A stretch of DNA of 64,000 bases from Geopsychrobacteraceae bacterium (lineage in GTDB: Bacteria; Desulfobacterota; Desulfuromonadia; Desulfuromonadales; Geopsychrobacteraceae): positions 800,001-864,000 of the forward strand of contig CAXXTB010000002.1 in the NCBI GenBank assembly GCA_963676795.2. The letters are read 5' to 3'. Below are positions 16,811-24,311 of this stretch, piece by piece. A model generated the notes under the pieces. That model was given only the letters and a program-made list of their open reading frames with translations. It ran no database searches and was not told where the DNA came from. The position numbers and the translations under genes are program-made. Every line of letters starts with the position of its first letter. Within the stretch, counting starts at the first letter, position 1.

Positions 16811-17546
16811 TCGACTCCATGGCAGCGTTGTACATCATCAGCTTATTGGCGATCAGTTCCGGATCGATATTGTACGTCTTGAGAATCTCTTCGGTCCCCT
16901 GAATGTTGGGGTTGGAGAGCATTCCGCGGCAGCCGTAGCAGACGTTACCGTTGTTGATGCACCAGGAGTTGCAGCCCGCTCTGGTAACCGGCCCCAGACA
17001 GGTGACGCCCAGGTCGAATCGGCAGACGTTTTCGTTGAACTTGCATTCGACGCAGACCGAGTAATCGGGAACCTGATAGTGGAGGCCGGCCAGGGCCGAT
17101 TTGATGACCTTGATCACCTCGGCCGGATAGACCGGACAGCCATGGATGAAGTAGTCGACATCGATGATGGCGTGGACAGGTTTGGTTTCGATCGCCGGAT
17201 ACCAGTCACCCTTGTCGCCGTAAACCTCCTGCTTCGATTCTTCCAACGGACGGCGGTTTTTCATACCGTTGACGCCGCCGATGGTCGCACAGCTGCCGTA
17301 GGCGACAACGTTCTTGGCGCGGCGGCGGATCTCCTTGACGCGCTCGATCGCTTCCTCGTTGGTGACGCTCCCTTCGATGAAGGCGATGTCATAGTCGCCT
17401 TCCCACTTTTCGGTCATGATTTCGCGGAATTCGACCAGATCGATCAGGCCGAGTACGTCGAGCAGCATCTCGCCCATGTTGGCGATCTGCAGCTGGCAGC
17501 CTTCACAGCAGGAGAGATCGAAAAATGCGACTTTAGGACGAGACAT
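16800..17546 (-). CDS. Group 3b [NiFe] hydrogenase small (delta) subunit
   Basis: SCCEGC, GSCATIGG, GCP, VCVEC, CLGPVTRAGC and CYGCRG; start MSRPKVAFF at 17546. Confidence 0.92.
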   Translation of the reverse strand: MSRPKVAFFDLSCCEGCQLQIANMGEMLLDVLGLIDLVEFREIMTEKWEGDYDIAFIEGSVTNEEAIERVKEIRRRAKNVVAYGSCATIGGVNGMKNRRPLEESKQEVYGDKGDWYPAIETKPVHAIIDVDYFIHGCPVYPAEVIKVIKSALAGLHYQVPDYSVCVECKFNENVCRFDLGVTCLGPVTRAGCNSWCINNGNVCYGCRGMLSNPNIQGTEEILKTYNIDPELIANKLMMYNAAMESNDE

Positions 17547-18382
17547 CAGATCGCTCCTTTCATGGTTTTGAGTTTGCTGTAGCTGAACACCGGACCGTCC
17601 TGACAACAGTAGATATCATGGATCTGGCAGTGGCCGCACTTGCCGAGGCCGCACTTCATGTGACGTTCCAGCGACAGGTAGATGCGGTCATCGGTGAAGC
17701 CTTTTTTCAGCAGCTCATCGACAACGGAGCGATACATGACCGGCGGTCCGCAGGCCACGGCGAAGGTTTTGAGAGGATCGAGGGTGACACCCGGGATCAG
17801 CTGGTTGATGTAGCCGACATGGCCGCCCCATTCCGGTGCCGCTTTATCGATGGAGCAGAGAAACTGCAGGTCGATCCGTCTGGCCCAGTCGTCCAGTTCG
17901 TCGGCGAAGAGCATGCTCTGCGGATCGCGGCAGCCGAGCAGGATGCTGACCTTGCCGAACATGCGGCGGTTGTCGATGATGAACTTGATCAGCGAACGCA
18001 AGGGGGCAATCCCTAAGCCCCCGGCGATCAGCAGGACATCGTTGCCTTCGAGGGGAACGATCGGAAAACCGACGCCAAAGGGGCCGCGGATGCCAATCTC
18101 GTCTCCGACTTTGAGCTGATGAAGGGCTTCAGTGAAGCGTCCGGCTTTACGTACGCAGAGTTCGAAATCCTCGAACTGGGTCGGTGACGAGCAGACCGAA
18201 ATCGGTGCTTCGCCGACGCCAAACAGGGAAACCTCGACAAACTGGCCGGGATCCTGGTCTAGGATCTCGCCATGCGGCAGGACGATCCTGAACAGTTTTT
18301 CATGGGCGGTCAGTTCCTTGATCTGAACAATCCGGCCCTGCTTGATTTCGTAGCCGGAGTGATGAATGTGTATGCGTTCCAT
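17546..18382 (-). CDS. Group 3b hydrogenase gamma subunit (FAD/NAD(P)-binding, 2Fe-2S)
   Basis: PGQF, GEAPIS, RGPFG, AGGLGIAPLRS, CGPPVM and ERHMKCGLGKCGHC...CQDGPVF. Confidence 0.92.
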   Translation of the reverse strand: MERIHIHHSGYEIKQGRIVQIKELTAHEKLFRIVLPHGEILDQDPGQFVEVSLFGVGEAPISVCSSPTQFEDFELCVRKAGRFTEALHQLKVGDEIGIRGPFGVGFPIVPLEGNDVLLIAGGLGIAPLRSLIKFIIDNRRMFGKVSILLGCRDPQSMLFADELDDWARRIDLQFLCSIDKAAPEWGGHVGYINQLIPGVTLDPLKTFAVACGPPVMYRSVVDELLKKGFTDDRIYLSLERHMKCGLGKCGHCQIHDIYCCQDGPVFSYSKLKTMKGAI

Positions 18383-18383
18383 A

Positions 18384-19418
18384 TCAGCCTCGCTCCTCGA
18401 TCAACGCGTTGATGGTCTCTTTCAGATTGATTTTGGCCATGCAGCTGCGGCTGCAGCGGCCGCAACCGACACAGAAGACCCGGTTGTAGCGTTCCATCGG
18501 GTAGCGGAACTTACGGTTGAAGCGATGGCGTTTACGATCATAGCGGTGCTCACGGAAGCTCTCGCCGCCGGCGATCTTGGCAAAGTCCTCATTCTGACAG
18601 GAATCCCAGACCCGGTAGCGGCGACCTTTGGTTGCGTCGAGTTCCGGTTCGTCGATCACGTCAAAACAGTAACAGGTCGGGCAGACGTTGGTGCAGTTGC
18701 CGCAGGAGACGCAGCGGTCGCCAAGCTGATGCCATACGTCGCTTTCGAAGGTCTCCTCAAAGAGGCGCGGAATATCCTGATAGCGGATCGGAACCTCGCT
18801 CTTGAAGATCTGCTTCTTTCGCTCGCGCATCTCACTTAAGCCTTTCTCCGCATCGGCCCTAACCGGTTCGAACAGGCCGGAGTGGGCGACAATCTGGTCC
18901 CCCTTGTCGGTGCTGACATCGACGTAGTAATAATCGCCGATATCGCTCAAAAAGATGTCGTAGCCGCCTTTGGGCAGGTGATTGCGCATCATTGCGCAGT
19001 TAGCATATTCGTCACAATAATCTGTGCACTCGATCCCGATCAGCGTAAAATGGGTCTTCCTTATCAGGTAGTGGATGTCGCGCGGCCGGTCGGAAAAGAC
19101 CACGTTCAGGCACTGGGTGCCAGCCAGGTCGCAGGTGTGGACCCCGAACAGGACCAGTTCTTCGACTTCGACGATCGCTTCCATGCTCTGCCCGTTGGAG
19201 GTGTCATAGGTCAGCAGGGTTTCGTGCTGCGGCATATAATACTTCTTCGGCGGCAGGATCGTCGGGATGTAGTCGAGCGACATCTCTTCGAATGATGTGA
19301 CTTCTTCAAACTTGTAATGGTCTTTGTCGACTTTGACAGGAGCGACCACTTTCTGTCTGGCGGCCAGAAATTTAACCAGCGCAGGCATATTGCTTTTTGC
19401 TAACAGGACCTGACTCAC
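18384..19418 (-). CDS. Group 3b hydrogenase beta subunit (4Fe-4S dicluster)
   Basis: CVSCGNCTNVCPTCYC, WDSC and CVGCGRCSRSC; GTG start with AGGAG SD. Confidence 0.92.
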   Translation of the reverse strand: MSQVLLAKSNMPALVKFLAARQKVVAPVKVDKDHYKFEEVTSFEEMSLDYIPTILPPKKYYMPQHETLLTYDTSNGQSMEAIVEVEELVLFGVHTCDLAGTQCLNVVFSDRPRDIHYLIRKTHFTLIGIECTDYCDEYANCAMMRNHLPKGGYDIFLSDIGDYYYVDVSTDKGDQIVAHSGLFEPVRADAEKGLSEMRERKKQIFKSEVPIRYQDIPRLFEETFESDVWHQLGDRCVSCGNCTNVCPTCYCFDVIDEPELDATKGRRYRVWDSCQNEDFAKIAGGESFREHRYDRKRHRFNRKFRYPMERYNRVFCVGCGRCSRSCMAKINLKETINALIEERG

Positions 19419-19488
19419 AGGCTGCTCCTTCTCTCGCTGAGGGGTGGGATTCAGATTAAATAGCAGGATAAAACGCTATTCTCTTTAA

Positions 19489-19544
19489 AATATAGCTATT
19501 ATATTGTCAAGTCACCAGGCGAAAAATTTGTGTACAGTCGACAA
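19489..19544 (-). promoter_or_regulatory. Hydrogenase promoter region with two palindromes
   Basis: TTGACA on the minus strand at 19505-19510; AATATA-N5-TATATT at 19489-19505; TTGTGTACAGTCGACAA at 19528-19544. Confidence 0.45.
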
Positions 19545-19619
19545 TATACCTATAGGTTTTTGTCAGAGAGTTATTGTTGATATGGATAGTTCTATACTTG
19601 TATTAAGACGGAGATTCGG

Positions 19620-20036
19620 ATGTTTATTCTTGATGAACGACTCAAAAAGGACACGATAGACTGCGGTTCCTGGCAACTTTGTAAGTTATTACTTATGAAC
19701 ACCAGAACCTATCCATGGTTTATTCTCGTGCCTCGGCGCGAAGGGGTGACGGAGATCCATCACTTAAATGAAGAAGACCGTTTGCAGTTCTGGGAAGAAT
19801 CACAGCGGTTGTCGCTCTGGCTGGAGGGGAATTTCATTTTCACCAAGCTCAATGTCGCTGCACTGGGAAATATCGTCCGTCAGCTTCATCTTCACCATGT
19901 CTGCCGCAGCGAAGGTGACCCCGCCTGGCCCGGTCCCGTCTGGGGACATGCGCCGGCGTTGCCCTATGCCGACGACGAGGCGGCGCAGATTGTCGCTCAG
20001 GTTCAAAAAGCATTTCCGGAACTCGTTACTTTGTGA
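19620..20036 (+). CDS. HIT-family protein
   Basis: YPWFILVPR, KLNVAALGNIVRQLHLHH and AWPGPVWG. Confidence 0.9.
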   Translation: MFILDERLKKDTIDCGSWQLCKLLLMNTRTYPWFILVPRREGVTEIHHLNEEDRLQFWEESQRLSLWLEGNFIFTKLNVAALGNIVRQLHLHHVCRSEGDPAWPGPVWGHAPALPYADDEAAQIVAQVQKAFPELVTL

Positions 20037-20138
20037 AATTCTGAGGGTGACAGGAAACATGCTGCCAATTGACAGGCTGTTGGATTATGATAGGGCTACT
20101 GCTTAAATTGCTTCGAACCTCGGAAAAGGAGAACACAA

Positions 20139-20756
20139 ATGAAAATAGGTCGAATCATAATGATGCTCTCTCTGGGCGCGCTGGTTATCACTGCGAGTGG
20201 CTGTACCGGACGGGTCACAACGCGCGAGGTGGCTCCGGACGAAAAGGTCATCTATGACGAGGGGTATCATTTCTCCGACAAGAAGGCGATTGTCGATCAC
20301 ATGGTTAAATCGCTGCTTTCCAAATACCCGCTTGACCGGGCCCCAGACCGGCCGGTGCTGATCGTTTACGGTATCGCCAACCGGACCAGCGAGCATATCT
20401 CGACCTCGGCGATCAGCGATGATATCCGCATGGAACTGATCCAGAGCGGCCGGGTGCGCTTTGTCAACGAAACCCAGCGCGCCAACATCGAGCAGGAACT
20501 GAACTACCAGTACGGCGGCAATGTCGCAGCCGAGACGCGCATCGCCAAGGCGCGCCAGATCGGGGCGAAATACATGCTGACCGGTACCCTGCGCTCGATC
20601 GAAAAGGATCAGCCCAAACAGTTCCGCTTCAAGAAGAAAACCCTCATGTACTACAGTCTCAACCTGGAACTGACCGACCTTGAATCCGGCCTGATCGAGT
20701 GGGCTGACAGCACTGAAGTCATCCGCGAGGCCTCCAAGCCATTTATCGGCTGGTGA
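20139..20756 (+). CDS. LpoB-like outer-membrane lipoprotein (PBP activator family)
   Basis: Lipobox ASGC; IANRTSEHI, SGRVRFV, GAKYMLTG and LTDLESGLIEW. Confidence 0.75.
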   Translation: MKIGRIIMMLSLGALVITASGCTGRVTTREVAPDEKVIYDEGYHFSDKKAIVDHMVKSLLSKYPLDRAPDRPVLIVYGIANRTSEHISTSAISDDIRMELIQSGRVRFVNETQRANIEQELNYQYGGNVAAETRIAKARQIGAKYMLTGTLRSIEKDQPKQFRFKKKTLMYYSLNLELTDLESGLIEWADSTEVIREASKPFIGW

Positions 20757-21991
20757 TCTGTTCAGTGAAGACACCGTCCCTGGCCCGCAGCGGCAGACCT
20801 TTTTCAGTTTCCGCTGCGGGATCATTTATCCTGCTGGCGGTTCTGCTGCTCAGCGGCTGTGCCGGGCGCCTGGAAAAAGCCAGTGCCCTCTATTACCAGG
20901 GGCAGCCGCAGCAGGCTCTTGAACTGCTTGACAAGGGCGACAGCCTCGGCGGCCGCAACGCCTTGCTTTTTCTGGTGGAGAAGGGGGTTGTCCGGCATCA
21001 GCTCGGCGACTATCGGGGGAGTATCGACAGCCTTCTGGCTGCGGCACGGCTGATCGATCAGTTTGAAACGATCAGTCTGACCGAACAGGCCGGATCCCTG
21101 GTGATCAACGACTGGATGACCCGTTACAAGGGGGAATACAGCGAGCGGCTCTGGATCCACAGCTACCTGATGATGGATTACCTGCTGCTTGGCCAGTTCG
21201 ACGATGCCCTGGTTGAAGCCAGACTGGCTCTGAAGCGTCTGGAACAATATCCTGACGCCCTGAAGAACGATTATTTCACCCGCGCCCTGATGGCCCTCTG
21301 CTATGCTCAGCTGGGCGAAGATAACGATGCCTTCCTGGTCTATAAACGGCTGGCGGCCGATCTCGGTCCGGCGCCGGTGGCGGCTGATCTGGTCCGGCTG
21401 GCGGCGCGTATCGGTATGCCGGATGAGGTTGAGACCTATAAATCCTATCTGTCAGAGGCTCTCCCGCAGGGGGAGGCGGAACTGGTGCTGTTCGTCGCCA
21501 ATGGCCGGATCCCGGTCAAAAAGCCGGGCAACATCATCCTGCCGACGCTGACCCGCATCTCCTTCCCCTATTATGAAAACAGGGCAACCCGTCTGCCGTC
21601 TCTGAGCTTCATCCCTTCCGATTTAACCCCATCTGCAGTCCTTTCCACCGACATGGCCCAGGTCGCCAAAGATGCGCTTGAACAGCGCAAAGTGCAGATC
21701 ATCGTCAGAGAGACCGCCCGGGTCGCCGGCAAGGAAGCTCTGGCCCAGTCGGTCGGCAACAAAAACGGTGGCGGCACGGAACTCGCCGTCCGCTTGGGAC
21801 TGATGCTCCTCGAAGAAGCCGACACCCGCAGCTGGCTGACCCTGCCCGGACGTCTGACTCTGGTGCGCATCCCGCTTGTGGCCGGTCATTATCAGCTTGA
21901 GATTTTAAGGGGGGACAGTAGCGGACCGCTGCCGCTGCCGGAATTCGATATAACTCCGGGACAGCGCCTGTTCCGCTCGATCCGTTTTTAA
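20753..21991 (+). CDS. COG3014-like TPR lipoprotein
   Basis: Lipobox LSGC; YKGEYSE, ALVEAR and EEADTRSWLTLP motifs. Confidence 0.7.
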   Translation: MICSVKTPSLARSGRPFSVSAAGSFILLAVLLLSGCAGRLEKASALYYQGQPQQALELLDKGDSLGGRNALLFLVEKGVVRHQLGDYRGSIDSLLAAARLIDQFETISLTEQAGSLVINDWMTRYKGEYSERLWIHSYLMMDYLLLGQFDDALVEARLALKRLEQYPDALKNDYFTRALMALCYAQLGEDNDAFLVYKRLAADLGPAPVAADLVRLAARIGMPDEVETYKSYLSEALPQGEAELVLFVANGRIPVKKPGNIILPTLTRISFPYYENRATRLPSLSFIPSDLTPSAVLSTDMAQVAKDALEQRKVQIIVRETARVAGKEALAQSVGNKNGGGTELAVRLGLMLLEEADTRSWLTLPGRLTLVRIPLVAGHYQLEILRGDSSGPLPLPEFDITPGQRLFRSIRF

Positions 21992-22494
21992 AGCTGACCG
22001 CTCGGAACGGTGGTCCGGAACAATCTGATTTTCCCGTCCTTCAGCAGGGGCAGCACCAGCAGGCTGCTGATCATCTTGATCAGCGCCTGTCCCCAAATGA
22101 CCGGCCAGGCCGGCCCGAAGGCGAGCAGGACAAAGACCATCGAGTCGAGCGGGGTGGAGACCAGGTTGCTCAGGACCAGACGCCTTTCAAAGCTGCCGCG
22201 CCCGTAGCTGTAGATCAGCCAGTCACAGCCTTCGGCGACGACAAAGGCAGACACCGAAGCCAGCGCCAGGTCGGGATTGAAGAGCAGGGTAATCAGTGTG
22301 GCGATCAGCATCCAGCCCCAGCAGCCGAGCTTGCCGTAGCGCTGCTGAACCATGTCGCGGGCCGAAAAAGTCAGGCCGATCAGCGGGGCCCCGGCCGGAA
22401 AGCTGATGCCGAAGAGGCTGACGATGCCAAAACTGTGAACGACCATATTGGCCAGAACGATCGATGCGAGATAAAAAACTGCGCTCATAGACAT
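21988..22494 (-). CDS. VUT (vitamin/queuosine-precursor uptake, Vut_1) family membrane protein
   Basis: Hydrophobic; IVLAN, PAG, GLTFSARD, ASVSAFVVAE..D and SNLVSTPLDS..F...AF motifs; start at 22494 or 22488. Confidence 0.75.
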   Translation of the reverse strand: MSMSAVFYLASIVLANMVVHSFGIVSLFGISFPAGAPLIGLTFSARDMVQQRYGKLGCWGWMLIATLITLLFNPDLALASVSAFVVAEGCDWLIYSYGRGSFERRLVLSNLVSTPLDSMVFVLLAFGPAWPVIWGQALIKMISSLLVLPLLKDGKIRLFRTTVPSGQL

Positions 22495-22501
22495 CCTTGA
22501 T

Positions 22502-22518
22502 GTGAAAATCGTTTTCAA
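22502..22518 (-). promoter_or_regulatory. Fur-family-like operator
   Basis: Perfect TGAAAA-TCG-TTTTCA palindrome immediately upstream of the VUT start. Confidence 0.55.
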
Positions 22519-22698
22519 TGGCAAGGTATCATAAGCGAGGTGACCACAGAATGCCAGTCGCCTGGAAAAAATTATCGTCTCCAGTGACATTCTTTATTTT
22601 GGCTGGAATAACTGGCAGAGTGATTCTTGAGTGTATATTCCCGGCTTGAAGGCTGTTTTGCAGGGCGCTTTTGGATGAATAGGAAAGGTTGAAGGGAT

Positions 22699-23124
22699 AT
22701 GGGAAAAAAACGTATTCTGTTTATTTGCAGCAGCAACTCCTGTCGCAGCCAGATGGCCGAGGGGATTGTCAATCATGATTTTGCCGGTAAGGTCGAGGCT
22801 GTTTCCGCAGGCCTTGAGCCAAAACACCTCAACCTGCTTGCGGTTAAGGTGTTGGCTGAGGTTGGAATCGATATTTCTCAGCAGAGGCCAGATTCATTAT
22901 GCCGCTATGAAGCGGAGCCCTTTGATTATGTGATCACCGTTTGTGGGGCTGCAGATGAAAAGTGTCCGGCTTTTTTCGGCGGGGTCAAACGCCTGCACCT
23001 GGGTTTTGATAATCCGCCTCAGCCGGACGAAAATGATCCGGAGGTTGTCGACGCATATCGCAACTTGCGTGACGAGATGAGGGGCCGGCTTGGTGAATTT
23101 TTCCGTGAACAATTGCAGAATTAA
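22699..23124 (+). CDS. arsC: Thioredoxin-dependent arsenate reductase (LMW-PTPase fold)
   Basis: CSSNSCRSQMAEG P-loop plus ITVC...EKCP redox cysteines. Confidence 0.85.
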   Translation: MGKKRILFICSSNSCRSQMAEGIVNHDFAGKVEAVSAGLEPKHLNLLAVKVLAEVGIDISQQRPDSLCRYEAEPFDYVITVCGAADEKCPAFFGGVKRLHLGFDNPPQPDENDPEVVDAYRNLRDEMRGRLGEFFREQLQN

Positions 23125-23172
23125 ACCGCTGAGCCGTTTCTTTTCTTCTTTCAGGCATTGTGGTGAAATTTT

Positions 23173-23394
23173 ATGAATCAAACGATCTGTTTCTGTTTTT
23201 CATATTCCGAGGAAGATATCCGCCAGGATCTGCTGGTTCACCAGGGGAAATCGTCGATCCTTGCAAGAATCATTGACGAAAAACGCGAAGGGAACTGCCG
23301 TTGCCATGACTTCCATCCCCAGCGACGCTGGTGTCTGCCAGACGTCCGCCGGGTTGTGGACGAAGTGAGTAAAGAGCTGAATCTAATTGTCTGA
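23173..23394 (+). CDS. Small BFD-like / metallochaperone-type Cys-rich (2Fe-2S) protein
   Basis: ICFCF...GNCRCHDFHPQRRWCLPDV cysteine pattern. Confidence 0.65.
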   Translation: MNQTICFCFSYSEEDIRQDLLVHQGKSSILARIIDEKREGNCRCHDFHPQRRWCLPDVRRVVDEVSKELNLIV

Positions 23395-23487
23395 ATGGCA
23401 GCACGCACGATTTCTCAGGCCATCTGGCCACGGCCTGACGCTCTGTGTTAAACTTAAGTTCATCAGTCAGTTTTCTGAGGAGGTTCT

Positions 23488-23682
23488 ATGTCTTCAGAAG
23501 TAGCGGGGATGTCTTCCGCACAGAGTTTTTATCGTTCGGCCGGGTATGTAGCCGCCATGGCGGGTGTCCGGGGCAGTCTGCAGCAGCAGAAAATTCTTGA
23601 GCAGGCGGTTGTCAAGCTGATTGACGCGGCGGCTGTACCGATCGATTCGAACGTTGGTCAGAATATCGATATCTATGCCTGA
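23488..23682 (+). CDS. Small YjfB-like protein
   Basis: GAGGAGG SD; C-terminal NVGQNIDIYA motif. Confidence 0.55.
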   Translation: MSSEVAGMSSAQSFYRSAGYVAAMAGVRGSLQQQKILEQAVVKLIDAAAVPIDSNVGQNIDIYA

Positions 23683-23698
23683 CGCTTGTTTGCACGCA

Positions 23699-23727
23699 TT
23701 GACTTCCGTTGCCTGATTGCTTAGTCT
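23699..23727 (+). promoter_or_regulatory. Putative sigma70 promoter
   Basis: TTGACT-N17-TAGTCT upstream of the ygjP-like gene. Confidence 0.45.
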
Positions 23728-23779
23728 CTACCACAACTTTTGATTGTTTTTGCTCTCCATAAGGCTCTACCGCACATCC

Positions 23780-24298
23780 ATGGCTTCAGTTCTACAGCTC
23801 AAATATCTGTCAGGTTACCCGGATCAGCTCAAAAAACAGGTGCAGCAGCTGATTGTGGAAAAGCGGCTGGGAGAGGTCATTCTCAAGCGGTTCCCTACGC
23901 CGCACAGTATAACCACCGATAAAGCCCTCTACGAATATACCATCGAGCTGAAAAACCAGTTCTTGCGCAAGACCCAGCCTTTAAGCAAGGTTGTGTTCGA
24001 CGGCAAAATAAACGTCCTGCACGACGCCCTCGGGCTGCACAGCTATGTTCCCCGTGTGCAGGGCGGCAAGATCAAAACCAAGAATGAGATCCGCATCGGC
24101 AGCATTTTCAAAACGGCGCCAGAAGCGTTCCTGCGTATGATCGTCGTTCACGAACTGGCCCATCTCAAAGAGAAGGAGCACGACAAGGCCTTCTATCAAC
24201 TCTGCCTGCACATGGAACCGGACTACCACCAGCTTGAATTCGACCTGCGCGTCTACCTGACGCATCTCGATCTGGTCGGGCCCGTCTATGGAACCTGA
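23780..24298 (+). CDS. ygjP: YgjP-like zinc metallohydrolase (DUF45)
   Basis: LKYLSGYP, RVQGGKIKTKNEIRI, VVHELAHLKEKEHDKAFYQLC and YHQLEFD. Confidence 0.85.
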   Translation: MASVLQLKYLSGYPDQLKKQVQQLIVEKRLGEVILKRFPTPHSITTDKALYEYTIELKNQFLRKTQPLSKVVFDGKINVLHDALGLHSYVPRVQGGKIKTKNEIRIGSIFKTAPEAFLRMIVVHELAHLKEKEHDKAFYQLCLHMEPDYHQLEFDLRVYLTHLDLVGPVYGT

Positions 24299-24311
24299 AC
24301 CAGCATCTGGC

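Noticed and set aside
22495..22690. preQ1 riboswitch upstream of the VUT gene
   Set aside because: No recognisable preQ1 stem-loop with an A-rich tail by eye; an Rfam scan would settle it.
22699..23124. Arsenic resistance operon
   Set aside because: arsC stands alone; no arsR, acr3 or arsB nearby.
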